Assembly (NCBI GenBank): GCA_963662405.2
Contig: CAXXKT010000001.1
Location: 864,001-928,000, forward strand
Source of the DNA: Syntrophales bacterium
GTDB taxonomy: Bacteria; Desulfobacterota; Syntrophia; Syntrophales; UBA2210
Direction: 5' to 3'
Length of the DNA stretch: 64,000 nt
The notes under the pieces are model-generated. The model worked only from the letters and a program-made list of their open reading frames with translations. It searched no databases and had not been told where the DNA came from. A program made the position numbers and the translations under genes. Below, in pieces: positions 37,768-48,014 of the stretch. Position 1 is the first letter of the stretch; the number at the start of each line of letters is the position of its first letter.

Positions 37768-39117
37768 CTATACGATACCCTGGGCCATCATCGCCTCTGC
37801 CACTTTTGTGAAACCGGCGATGTTCGCGCCGTTGACGTAATTGCCGGGCGTGCCATACTCATTTGCGGCCTCGACGGAGGCGGTGTGGATACTCTTCATG
37901 ATCCGTTTCAGATAATCATCAACCTCCTCGCGGGTCCAACTCAGACGCATGCTGTTTTGTGTCATCTCAAGACCGGAGACGGAAACACCGCCGGCATTCG
38001 CGGCCTTTCCGGGCGCGTAGAGGATCCCGGCGTCGATGAAGGCCTCCACCCCTTCCGGGACGGTCGGCATGTTTGCACCCTCACTGACAAACTGGATCCC
38101 ATTGGCGACGAGATTCTTCGCGTCCTTCGCGTTGATCTCGTTCTGGGTCGCGGAGGGAAATGCGCCGTCCGCCTTATGATTCCAGAGGGGATTGTAATCG
38201 AGCGAGGGATCGATCGGGGTATAAACGGCATCGGGATACTTATCGGCATATTCCTTGATGCGGCCGCGCTTGAAATTCTTGAGATCCATGACGAAATCCA
38301 GTTTGCCGCGATCGATGCCTTCTTCATCATAGATGTATCCCGAGGAATCGGAAAGGGTTATCGCCTTGCCTCCCAGGTCAAGGATCTTTTCCACCGCATA
38401 CTGGGCCACATTCCCGGAGCCGGACACGAGACAGCTCTTCCCTTCGAGTGTCTCGCCGCGGGTGGCAAGCATCTCCGCGGCAAAGTAGACCGCCCCGTAT
38501 CCCGTCGCCTCGGGACGGATCAGGCTGCCGCCCCAGGTCAGTCCCTTCCCGGTCAAGACACCGGTAAACTCATTACGCAGTTTCTTGTACATGCCGAAGA
38601 GGAACCCGATCTCCCTTCCTCCGACGCCGATATCCCCGGCGGGGACGTCCGTGTGGGGGCCGATGTACCTGAATATCTCGGACATGAAGCTGTGGCAAAA
38701 ACGCATGACCTCCGTATCCGACTTCCCCTTGGGATCAAAGTTGGAACCCCCCTTCGCCCCGCCCATCGGGAGGGTTGTCAGGGCGTTCTTGAATACCTGC
38801 TCAAACCCCAGAAACTTGAGGATGCTCAGGTTGACCGACGGATGAAACCGGAAGCCGCCCTTGTAGGGCCCGATTGCGCTGCTCATCTGAATACGATAGC
38901 CCCTGTTGATCTGGACCTCGCCGCGGTCGTCCACCCAGGGCACGCGGAACAAGATGACACGCTCAGGCTCAACCATCCGCTCAAGAATCTTTGCCTTGCG
39001 GTATTCAGGATGCTTGTCCAAGACCGGTGCCACCGACTCGGCCACCTCCGAAACAGCCTGAAGAAACTCCGCTTCCCCAGGGTTACACTCTTCACACATC
39101 TTCATAAAATCCAACAT
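37768..39117 (-). CDS. gdhA: NADP-specific glutamate dehydrogenase
   Basis: GPYKGG, MGGAKGG, DVPAGDIGVG, RPEATGYG, SGSGNVAQ. Confidence 0.97.
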   Translation of the reverse strand: MLDFMKMCEECNPGEAEFLQAVSEVAESVAPVLDKHPEYRKAKILERMVEPERVILFRVPWVDDRGEVQINRGYRIQMSSAIGPYKGGFRFHPSVNLSILKFLGFEQVFKNALTTLPMGGAKGGSNFDPKGKSDTEVMRFCHSFMSEIFRYIGPHTDVPAGDIGVGGREIGFLFGMYKKLRNEFTGVLTGKGLTWGGSLIRPEATGYGAVYFAAEMLATRGETLEGKSCLVSGSGNVAQYAVEKILDLGGKAITLSDSSGYIYDEEGIDRGKLDFVMDLKNFKRGRIKEYADKYPDAVYTPIDPSLDYNPLWNHKADGAFPSATQNEINAKDAKNLVANGIQFVSEGANMPTVPEGVEAFIDAGILYAPGKAANAGGVSVSGLEMTQNSMRLSWTREEVDDYLKRIMKSIHTASVEAANEYGTPGNYVNGANIAGFTKVAEAMMAQGIV

Positions 39118-40111
39118 TGCTGCGCTCTCCCTTCATTTGTTTTTATATATTTTATTCTGCATTGTGGCGTGAGAAGGAATTATCCTCTCCCCGTCATACG
39201 ACTGCAAGCCGCCTCTAACGAAGCAGCCGCATACTTGCAGTACAATACCCCGAGCCACCATACAGCCCACGCCAAATGGCGGTACGTTTCACCAGAGTAA
39301 TGAATGCCATCGCTCACGTAAGGTCGGTTACAGGGGCAAATCAAGAAGCGTACCATTTGAACGGGAACCACTTTTTAGTAAATACTACATTTGTGTTAAA
39401 ATGCAACTAAAAAGAGCTCCGATCAGACAGATCGTCAAGCGAAACTTACACCTGCGCAGATTTCTCCCTTCCCAGAAGCGAACAGTCCGTCATCCCCTTT
39501 TGACCATTGATTATACCGTCCACCAAGGCACCCCACAGATCCGGCACCCTCTCTCAAAGGAAGCCGTCGTATCGAGTACGCAGTAGTTACTTCCCTCGAG
39601 GTGTATGATTATGAGATGGGGGTAATGAACGTTACGTCTTGGTAGAGGCAAAGAACGTAAGCGCAAAAAATACCGGAGCCATCACAGGGAGGGCCTCCCC
39701 CCCATGAATGCGATGGCGGCAGAGATTTCTTTGGTGCAAAGAGGAAATATCGCCTTGAGATATCGAGTTCAAGAAGTGGATTACCCCGTCCACAGAGGGG
39801 TATCCGAAAGGCTTAAATGAGGGGAATGGCATCCCCTGCCCTTGTTTCACATTCATCGCCATCCACAGGACACGCTATTTCATAAATGAAGACATCGATT
39901 CACCTGAAATTGTGTCCTCATACGATTTTGTCGTCAACATCGGGAGAGAATGCTTCTTGCACGCTAGCGGAGGGAAGACCCCATCGCTTGAGATAGTCCG
40001 TACTGATCCGAAAAGGCATATCGACTCCGCGCAAGAGGTGATCACAGCACCTCCAAAAGACCAGACGCTAAACACGTCTTCGCCATGCCTTAACCACCAT
40101 GATCTGATTTT

Positions 40112-41161
40112 TTAGGAAAATTTGTTTTTCAGCGCGTTTGTCGTCTGCTCCGCTTCGGACACCGTCCGTTCTATCAGTTCCTTGACGGTGGGCAGATCCT
40201 GAATCCCGCCGACGTTCTGTCCCACAAACAGGACTCCCTGCTTCATGTCACCTTCGTAGATGGCTTTCATGGATCTCACGGCGCCGACGGCCTGCCGAGC
40301 CTGTGTCCACAAGGAGGCGCCGTCTTCACCGGCCAGCATAGTTTTAAACCCCATGGAGAAGAAGGCCGGATAGGACATATTCAAGACCTTTCGGATCTTC
40401 ATGGCCGCTTGGAAGCGTTCCAAGAGCCCGAACCGATTTTTTTGTACGTCTTCAGCTCCTTTGCTTTTCAAAACACGGCTCCACATGCCGTCGAAAACCG
40501 TGTCATAGAAGGTATCCTGCTCCGTCGCAGCCAGACACAGCTGCTTGAAGTTCTCATGAAGGACACACTCTTTCGTCAACATGAAGCGGGTGCCCATGGA
40601 AACCCCTTCCGCCCCAAGGGCCAAAGCGGCAGCCAAGCCCGGACCGTTATAGATGCCACCGGCGGCAATGACGGGAACCTTAATGGTACTGGCGGCAACG
40701 GGAACGAGAACCATGGAGGTTGCCTTGTCCCCGTGGGCGGCCGCTTCGTGACCTGTCACAACGACGGCATCACATCCCAGCTGGGCCGCCTTGGCGGCAT
40801 GCTTGGCCAGGGCGGTTGTCCCGAGGACCTTACCTCCGTAGGCATGAACTTGATCGATAAACCAGGGCTTGCCCAGAGTATAGTTGAGAATAGGCACCTT
40901 CTCCTCCACGGCCACTTTGATTTTCTCCTGAGAACCGGGACGGAGAATCACGTTTACACCAAAGGGTTTATCCGTCAGTCGTCGGATCTCCCGTATATTT
41001 TCCCGCATCTCATCGGGGGTACACCGGGCGGTGGCAAATACCCCCAATCCACCGGCATTGCTGACCGCCGCGACCAATTGGGTATCCGTAATCCAGTTCA
41101 TTCCTGCTAGCATGATAGGGTATTCAATGTCGAACAGTTCCGTCATTCGTGTTTTTAACAT
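40112..41161 (-). CDS. Nitronate monooxygenase/FabK-like flavoprotein
   Basis: AVSNAGGLG, PFGVN, GHEAAAHG, AAGGI, MGTRF. Confidence 0.9.
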   Translation of the reverse strand: MLKTRMTELFDIEYPIMLAGMNWITDTQLVAAVSNAGGLGVFATARCTPDEMRENIREIRRLTDKPFGVNVILRPGSQEKIKVAVEEKVPILNYTLGKPWFIDQVHAYGGKVLGTTALAKHAAKAAQLGCDAVVVTGHEAAAHGDKATSMVLVPVAASTIKVPVIAAGGIYNGPGLAAALALGAEGVSMGTRFMLTKECVLHENFKQLCLAATEQDTFYDTVFDGMWSRVLKSKGAEDVQKNRFGLLERFQAAMKIRKVLNMSYPAFFSMGFKTMLAGEDGASLWTQARQAVGAVRSMKAIYEGDMKQGVLFVGQNVGGIQDLPTVKELIERTVSEAEQTTNALKNKFS

Positions 41162-41257
41162 CTTTTTCTTCTTCTCCTCACTCCTTCAATTTTATTTGCA
41201 CATCCGGATGAATTCCACTGTTTTGAGGGTCAGCATGAGCACCGCCATGGACAGATG

Positions 41258-42115
41258 CTACTTGAAAGAACGCTCCTTCCACCAAGGAAAGAAGGGGGGC
41301 ATATCAGTGCTCAGCTTCTCGGGGAATTGAGGCGGCCGCTTCTCCATAAAGGATGTTACGCCCTCCTGGGCATCCGGAGATTTGCCGGTATAATACATGC
41401 CCAGAGAATCCACCTTGTGGGCCTGCATGGGGTGATCCTCCCCCAGCATACGCCACATCATTTGGCGAATGAGTGCAACTGAAACGGCAGATGTGTTGTC
41501 GGCGATTTCCCGGGCTACTTGATTCGCAACGGTTAACAGATCTTCCGATGTGTGAACGCTCCGAATCAGACCGCCTTTCAGGGCCTCATCCGCTGAGAAA
41601 ACCCGTCCTGAAAATGTCCATTCCAGGGCCTGGTTGATGCCGACGATGCGGGGTAAAAACCAGCTCGAGCAGGCTTCAGATAAGATCCCGCGGCGGGCAA
41701 AAACAAAACCGAAACGGGCATTGTCTGAAGAGATACGGATATCCATGGGCAATGTCATTGTTGCCCCGACGCCTACCGCCGGGCCGTTGATGGCGGCAAT
41801 GACCGGTTTGAGGCATTCGAAGATGCGCAGCGTCACGAGACCGCCCCCGTCACGATGTGCCGCAGCGCCGGCATGATCCTCCCGCGATGTAAAATCGAAG
41901 GTACTGCCGGCGGGGGCAAGATCGGAGCCGGCACAGAAGGCCCGTCCGGCACCGGTAATAATGACGACCCGAACGTCGTCATCCGCATCCGCCCTGCCAA
42001 AAGCGTCGATGAGTTCATTTCTCATGGTTGTTGTGAAGGCATTGAGCCGGTCGGGGCGATTGAGGGTAATGGTCAAGATTTGATCCTGGACGTCGTAAAG
42101 CAACTGTTCATACAT
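41258..42115 (-). CDS. Enoyl-CoA hydratase/isomerase family protein
   Basis: LNRPDRLNA, AFCAGSDL, KPVIAAINGPAVGVG. Confidence 0.93.
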   Translation of the reverse strand: MYEQLLYDVQDQILTITLNRPDRLNAFTTTMRNELIDAFGRADADDDVRVVIITGAGRAFCAGSDLAPAGSTFDFTSREDHAGAAAHRDGGGLVTLRIFECLKPVIAAINGPAVGVGATMTLPMDIRISSDNARFGFVFARRGILSEACSSWFLPRIVGINQALEWTFSGRVFSADEALKGGLIRSVHTSEDLLTVANQVAREIADNTSAVSVALIRQMMWRMLGEDHPMQAHKVDSLGMYYTGKSPDAQEGVTSFMEKRPPQFPEKLSTDMPPFFPWWKERSFK

Positions 42116-42432
42116 TTTTTTACACTCCTTGAAAATGGGTTAAGAAATAGAGATCAATCGAACAAACAGTATCACTACATAGGGAAAAAGGTCGCTGCCG
42201 GACTCATGGATAGGCAGCTCATCCAAGCATTGTTACAGAGGTAAAATAACAAAGAGGTCACCGATGAAATAGGCGGATACAATCATCGTAACACGTTGAA
42301 ATTCGATAGTGGTAGGGTATGAATGCACGAAACCATACGATGCTCCCCGCTTCTTGCAATGCGTAAAAAACGTATGCACCATACGTCATACATCACAGAA
42401 AAAACGGTCTCGCTCCTGTCGCAAAGGGATTA

Positions 42433-42690
42433 ATGGGGGCAAACCACCGGAACCGTTTCCAGAAGGACGTGCCGGAAGAGTTCGTCTCCATTGATCACTC
42501 AAAGATTTCCAAGAATCTAAGCTGTTTGTTTAAAATCAAAGAGCAGCACGTTGTGGCCGTCCGTGATGATTACCTCAGACGAGCTTACGGGGAAATCAAA
42601 CATCCATACACGGTCGCACAGACCACGGACGAACGGAGAGATTGAAGCCTTCAGACGCGTATTGAAACGGGAAACCTTCTTCCCATATTC
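42433..42690 (+). pseudogene. Decayed IS481-like transposase (integrase core) remnant
   Basis: RFQKDVPEEFVSID, VAVRDDYLRRAYGEI, IKHPYT, then frameshifted SHRPRTNGEIEAF resemble RYE..PGELVHID, DD.SR.AY.E and P.TNGK.ERF. Confidence 0.6.
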
Positions 42691-43065
42691 CTTCTCATTT
42701 GTTCCTTACTATCTTTTCAATCAGTCCTCGGTCATTGCCTGCAAGACAGCACCACGGTTATTACCCGCATCTCTCAACCTTGGAGCGAATCCCTTTTCGT
42801 CCCCTTGGCAATGATGGATTTCTGATATAGGAGCTTGATATATATTGCAAGAGAAAAAGAGGTCCCTCGGGAGCTATAGTCTACAGGAGCAGACAGGGCG
42901 TGATGTCTTGCTTGTGTGATACCCCGTCCTTTTCTGACGGGACGATTCCCCCTTTTTTGCTTTTTTGCACCGGGATCACCACACCCTCCGCCGTTCAAAC
43001 GAAGGGTACCCATCCTCCTTTTTGTCAAAGGGGAACGGGAACGTTCCTCCGGGTTTCCGCCGATC

Positions 43066-43572
43066 TTACAGCCCCTCTTCCTTGTACTTCAGGGCGGCGG
43101 CCCAGTATCCCTCGATGTCCTCCTTGAGTCGGTGGATCTGCTCGTCGGTCACCTCCCCCCGGATGGTGGCGGGAGTGCCGACGACAAAAGAGCGCGGGGG
43201 AATGATCGTGTCCGGCGTGACGAGGCAGCCCGCCCCGATGATGCACGAATCGCCGATCACGGCCCGGTCGAGGACGGTGGCGCCACTTCCGATGAGGACG
43301 TTGTTTCCGATCTTCCCGCAGTGAACAACGGCGCCGTGCCCCACGATGATATAGTCGCCCATGACAAGGGGGGTGCCGCAGTGGACCACGCAGTTGTCTT
43401 CGAGGTGGACGTACTTGCCGATCGTCACCGGGGCGTAGTCGCCCCGGATGACCGCCCCCGGCCAGACGGATGAGTGACCGCCGATCTCGACGTTTCCCAC
43501 GACGTACGCGGCCTCACTGATAAAGGCCGGTTCTCCTATCCGCGGCGCCTTTCCCCCGAAGATCCTGATCAT
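43066..43572 (-). CDS. Gamma carbonic anhydrase family protein
   Basis: Hexapeptide repeats, VIRGD, EDNCVVH, GHGAVVH. Confidence 0.9.
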   Translation of the reverse strand: MIRIFGGKAPRIGEPAFISEAAYVVGNVEIGGHSSVWPGAVIRGDYAPVTIGKYVHLEDNCVVHCGTPLVMGDYIIVGHGAVVHCGKIGNNVLIGSGATVLDRAVIGDSCIIGAGCLVTPDTIIPPRSFVVGTPATIRGEVTDEQIHRLKEDIEGYWAAALKYKEEGL

Positions 43573-43611
43573 ATTGTTTTCCTTTGGTTATTGTCTGAAC
43601 AGTACCGGGGG

Positions 43612-44607
43612 TCAGGCCGGGACGAAATCGGCGGCCCGGGCCTCCACCAGCCGCATGGCCTCCGTGGGACAGGTGACGGTGCACACGCCGCAGCCCAGAC
43701 ACTTTTCCTCGTCTACTATTGCCAGGTCGTCATCATCAATGGTGATGGCGTCGAAGAAACACCGGTCGACACAGGCCTCACAGCCCGTGCACAGATCGTG
43801 GTCAACGACGGCCTTGAAGCGGCTGGGGGCGACCCATTTCTTCGGCCCGTTCATAACTGACCAGTTCAGGCAACAGTCCCGGCAGCAGTTGCAGATGACG
43901 TGCCCCACTACCTGACGGTTGTCGGCGACATGCACGAGTCCCTCTTCCTCGCACATCTTCAGGATGTCGACGGCCTCTTTCTTTGACAGGGGCCTCCCCG
44001 TCCCCCGTTCTATGTTGTACTCAGCGGCACGATCCACCTGCATGCAGACCTCCAGCGGTTTTCCGCAGGCACCGTCGATGACGCGGCAGGAGCAGTTGGT
44101 AACGCTCAGGATCTTTGCATCCTCAATAATTTTGATCACATCATCATAGGCGAGTATCTGCGATTCCGGTTCGACACTCTCGTTGACCGGTATCACCCGC
44201 ATGATGGAGCCGGGAAGCATCTCCATGATCTTTCCACCGTATTCCGGCCATTCCGTCTTCATGTACTCTTTCCAGAGTTCCAGGATGTCCTTCGATATGC
44301 CGGGGGTCAGAGAGGTGGAGTCGTGCATCTGCGGGACGCTCTTCACGCGATAGTATTTGATCTCCTCACCCTTCGTCGATTTGAAAATGAGTCCCCGCTG
44401 GAAGAGCGAATCCATCATGGTGGCGATCGTGTCAGGTGAAAGACCCGTCTTGCCGGCAAGCTCCCCCACCGTCGCCGGCGGCGCCGCCGCGAGGAGGACC
44501 TTCGCCTCATCGCCGTTGACGAGCGCTTCGAATATTCGGGGCATCAGGGGAGAATTCCCCGCACCAATCCCTTCGGCCAATTGCCTGCACAGTTCCCTAT
44601 ACGCCAT
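43612..44607 (-). CDS. wHTH + Cys-rich + 2x[4Fe-4S] protein (paralogue 1)
   Basis: CSCR, GLVH, ICNCCRDCC, CTGCEACVDRC, CLGCGVCTVTCP. Confidence 0.88.
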   Translation of the reverse strand: MAYRELCRQLAEGIGAGNSPLMPRIFEALVNGDEAKVLLAAAPPATVGELAGKTGLSPDTIATMMDSLFQRGLIFKSTKGEEIKYYRVKSVPQMHDSTSLTPGISKDILELWKEYMKTEWPEYGGKIMEMLPGSIMRVIPVNESVEPESQILAYDDVIKIIEDAKILSVTNCSCRVIDGACGKPLEVCMQVDRAAEYNIERGTGRPLSKKEAVDILKMCEEEGLVHVADNRQVVGHVICNCCRDCCLNWSVMNGPKKWVAPSRFKAVVDHDLCTGCEACVDRCFFDAITIDDDDLAIVDEEKCLGCGVCTVTCPTEAMRLVEARAADFVPA

Positions 44608-44825
44608 TTATGTTCCCCCCTTCATGGTCTGATACAACGAGTATCGAAAAAAACGAGAGGCATGTCAAGGGTAATAGGTTGAAAGAAGGCCGGATCGCAC
44701 CGGTTGACCCCACACACAACAAGTAAAATCTTGAAATATTCCCTCCATGATATAGGATAACTATCGAGTGAAGCACCTGCCGGCTATCCGGCGGCAGGCC
44801 GAAAAGAAAAAGGGTCAGAGATCAC

Positions 44826-45176
44826 ATGCACGAGCTTCCCATTACCGAGAGTATCCTGCGAGTCGTCCTGAGACACGCAGAGAGTCAGAACGTCCGCAGG
44901 GTGGTAACCATCCGCCTGCAGATCGGCAGGCTCAGCGATCTGGAAGACGAATGGATTCAGCGGTATTTCGATTACCTGAGCAAGGGGACCATCGCCGAAG
45001 GGGCACGGCTGGAGATCGAGCGGACACCTATTGTGATACAGTGCGGCTCCTGCGGCACCTCCTACGAGACGGAGACGGGGCGGGCGGATGCCCTGATCTG
45101 CCCCGACTGCGGGGAGAGGGGCGGCACCCTCCTCTCCGGGAGAGAATACCATATCAAGGAGATGGAGGTACAATAA
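44826..45176 (+). CDS. hypA: Nickel metallochaperone HypA
   Basis: MHE start, CGSC and CPDC, SGRE. Confidence 0.95.
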   Translation: MHELPITESILRVVLRHAESQNVRRVVTIRLQIGRLSDLEDEWIQRYFDYLSKGTIAEGARLEIERTPIVIQCGSCGTSYETETGRADALICPDCGERGGTLLSGREYHIKEMEVQ

Positions 45177-45865
45177 TGGGGGATGAGATACGGCTCATTG
45201 AGGTGAAGGAGGAGATCCTCTCCGATAACATCAGACTGGCCGACGAGGTCAGGGAGAACTTCCGGGAAAAGAAGACGATGCTCCTCAATCTCATGTCTTC
45301 ACCGGGGTCGGGGAAAACAAGTCTCATTCTCCGCACGATCGAGGGACTGAAGGATGCGGTGCGGCTGGGCGTTATCGAGGCGGATATCGATTCCACGGTC
45401 GATGCGGAGAAGGTCGCCGCCGTGGGTGTACCCGCCATCCAGCTCAGGACGGGGGGATTCTGTCACCTCGATGCGGCCATGGTCACCAAGGGAATCGAAG
45501 CCATGGAGGCGGAGGCACTCGACCTGATCATCATCGAAAATGTGGGGAACCTGGTCTGTCCCGCCGAATTCGACACGGGGGCCCACAAAAACGTGATGAT
45601 CCTGAGTGTCCCCGAGGGGGACGACAAGCCCCTCAAGTACCCCCTGATGTTTTCCATATGCGACCTCCTCCTGGTCAATAAAATCGATTACCTTGCAGTG
45701 AGCGACTTCGACATGGCCGCCCTGCGAAAGCGGGTGACGGCCCTGAATCCCCGGATCACCATCCTGGAGGTATCCTGCACGACCGGGGCGGGTATCGAGG
45801 AATGGATTGACTGGCTGAAGGGTGAGGTGAAGACGTTCGCCGGGATCACCGCTGGAGCACCGTGA
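45176..45865 (+). CDS. hypB: Nickel incorporation GTPase HypB
   Basis: SSPGSGKT, CHLDA, ENVGNLVCPA, KPLKYP, NKID; TAATG coupling with hypA. Confidence 0.96.
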   Translation: MGDEIRLIEVKEEILSDNIRLADEVRENFREKKTMLLNLMSSPGSGKTSLILRTIEGLKDAVRLGVIEADIDSTVDAEKVAAVGVPAIQLRTGGFCHLDAAMVTKGIEAMEAEALDLIIIENVGNLVCPAEFDTGAHKNVMILSVPEGDDKPLKYPLMFSICDLLLVNKIDYLAVSDFDMAALRKRVTALNPRITILEVSCTTGAGIEEWIDWLKGEVKTFAGITAGAP

Positions 45866-46928
45866 GGAAGGATTCGAGCTTTCCCTTCTCTTCGGCCATC
45901 TTCATTGTCAGCTCCTGGGCGGTGGCAAAGACCTCCGGGGGCTCTTCCCGTTTCACCAGTTCGATGGCATCGACGGGACAGGCCGAGACACACAGGCCGC
46001 ACCCGATACACCGTTCGGGGATCAGGACCGCCACGTCGTCGAGAATCTCGATCGCTTTCATGGGACAGCGCTCATCGGCACAGATCCCGCACCCCGTGCA
46101 CCCGTCGGTATCGATTTGTGCCTCATAGGTGCTGGTGGCGAAGGCGTGGGGGTTATTCTGCTCGGTCCTGCCGCGCAGGATTGAACAGCAACAGGGGCAG
46201 CAGTTGCAGATAAGATTCGCCCTGTCCGCACTGTTGTTGCTGGTATGGACAAGCCCCGCCTCTTCGCAGAGATCGAGGACCCGCATCGCTTCTTCCTTGC
46301 TGATTTCCCGGGAAAATCCCCGTTCCACGAGGAAGCGGCCCATGTCGCCGAAGGACAGGCAGACCTCCAGGGGGGCATCGCACCTTTTGAGACTGACCCG
46401 GCAGGCGCAGTTGGTGAGCGCCCGGTAGTCCGTTTCTCCGATCAGGCGCGCGACCTCTTCATAGGGGTGGACATGTGTCTTGGAAGTAAGGGCTTTTTCG
46501 ACGGGGATGACCCGCATCGCGGGGGAAGGGTTGCCGCTGAATGCCTCTCCCAGGGCCTCCCGGTGATACTCCTCCCAGAGACTCCCCAGCTTCTCCTGCA
46601 TCGGACCGGTCTCACCCCGCATGAAGGGAAACTCAAAGAGCCCCGGTATGGTCGGCAGGAGACCGTATGCACGCATCCCTTTTTTATCACGGGAGAAGAT
46701 GACACCGCGATCGCACAAGGTCTCGAGCATATCCCTTACCGTATCGGCGGGGAGATCCGCCGCTTCCGCTATCATTTCAGCTGTCTTGGGCCTGAAGCTC
46801 ATGCGGACTGCCACGGACGCCTCTTCGGGGGTGTAGAGGATTTTCAGTATCTCGTCAAAGGTTCCCGTTTGGGGGGCTCCCGATGGGTGTGTGTCAAGAA
46901 TTTGCCTGAGTTCCTCATAGACGTTCAT
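45846..46928 (-). CDS. wHTH + Cys-rich + 2x[4Fe-4S] protein (paralogue 2)
   Basis: CACR, GLVH, ICNCCPCCC, two ferredoxin motifs; 3' end overlaps hypB by 20 bp. Confidence 0.88.
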   Translation of the reverse strand: MNVYEELRQILDTHPSGAPQTGTFDEILKILYTPEEASVAVRMSFRPKTAEMIAEAADLPADTVRDMLETLCDRGVIFSRDKKGMRAYGLLPTIPGLFEFPFMRGETGPMQEKLGSLWEEYHREALGEAFSGNPSPAMRVIPVEKALTSKTHVHPYEEVARLIGETDYRALTNCACRVSLKRCDAPLEVCLSFGDMGRFLVERGFSREISKEEAMRVLDLCEEAGLVHTSNNSADRANLICNCCPCCCSILRGRTEQNNPHAFATSTYEAQIDTDGCTGCGICADERCPMKAIEILDDVAVLIPERCIGCGLCVSACPVDAIELVKREEPPEVFATAQELTMKMAEEKGKLESFLTVLQR

Positions 46929-46967
46929 TGCGTGACTCCTGTCGGAAAGACTTGTAGTGCCGAACCG

Positions 46968-47864
46968 TTACGCCAGGCAGTAGATACTATCCTCCTGCCG
47001 GATGGTCCCCCGGTCCTCAAGGCGCCGGAGGTGCTTGTCCATCATTATCCGTTCGCTCAGTTCCAATTCCCAGGCTCCGCCGGAGACGCTCCGCCCCCCG
47101 TATATGATCCCTTCTGCGGTGATCTCGTCCAGGTTCTTGGGCCCTGACGCCAGGAGGGCCAGCAACCGCTCCTCTCTGGTGTAGATGACGTCCAGGTACC
47201 GTTGAATATGTATCGGGTCGGCTTCGATGACCCCCTCTCTCCCGTGGGCCACCAGATATGTGTCCACATCAATTGCCGCCACCCGCTGCAGTGATGCGAT
47301 CGTGTCATCGATGCTGGACCCTTTATCGCCGTAGTAGGGACCGAATTTCACCAGATCCAGATCCGCCAGATAGATGACCCGCTCTTCGGGAAAGTGAAAT
47401 GAGAGGTGCCCCGGGCTGTGACCGGGGGTGTGCAGGACCCGGGCTCGGGTCTGCCCGAAGATGAGGAGATCCCCATCGTCCAGCAACCGGTCCGGTTCCC
47501 GGGGTTGATACCGAACGACCTCGGCAAAAAATGCGCCCCAGGCTGCCTGAGTTTTTTCGTCGACACACCCGGATTCATAAAACTGATCGTAGAAGGCTTC
47601 GATATCTCTGAACCCGGCCGCTTCGAGCCTGGGGACCCAGAGATCGGCGTCCGGAAAACGGGAATTGAGGAGGAAGTGGTCCTCGTGACAATGGCTGTTG
47701 ATGATGACCTGGATCGGACGCTGCCGGTGAATTGTCAGGAGTTTCTTCTCATCGCTCGCCGGATCGATAACGGCCCGGATCTCATCGTCGATAAAAACGG
47801 AATGACAGGTGGGATACTTTCCCCCACGGATGAACCGGATCTTGCCTGCCTCAAAATCAAACAT
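46968..47864 (-). CDS. MBL-fold metallo-hydrolase
   Basis: SHCHEDH, HTPGHSPGH, ADLD, AHG. Confidence 0.9.
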   Translation of the reverse strand: MFDFEAGKIRFIRGGKYPTCHSVFIDDEIRAVIDPASDEKKLLTIHRQRPIQVIINSHCHEDHFLLNSRFPDADLWVPRLEAAGFRDIEAFYDQFYESGCVDEKTQAAWGAFFAEVVRYQPREPDRLLDDGDLLIFGQTRARVLHTPGHSPGHLSFHFPEERVIYLADLDLVKFGPYYGDKGSSIDDTIASLQRVAAIDVDTYLVAHGREGVIEADPIHIQRYLDVIYTREERLLALLASGPKNLDEITAEGIIYGGRSVSGGAWELELSERIMMDKHLRRLEDRGTIRQEDSIYCLA

Positions 47865-48014
47865 CGTGTGCTCCATCTTCCCCGACAGAGAGTACGGATG
47901 GCTGCCTCCCCGTATCGGTAAACCATCAAGAGGGTTTTGGTTTTGATAATGAGATATAGGACGGACACCTTTGTCTGTCAACGGAATAATGACCGCACAC
48001 GACGTGTGGAAACG

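Noticed and set aside
39180..40100. Small ORFs in the ~900-bp gap upstream of gdhA
   Set aside because: No convincing SD, motif or repeat; possibly decayed sequence, but nothing I can support.
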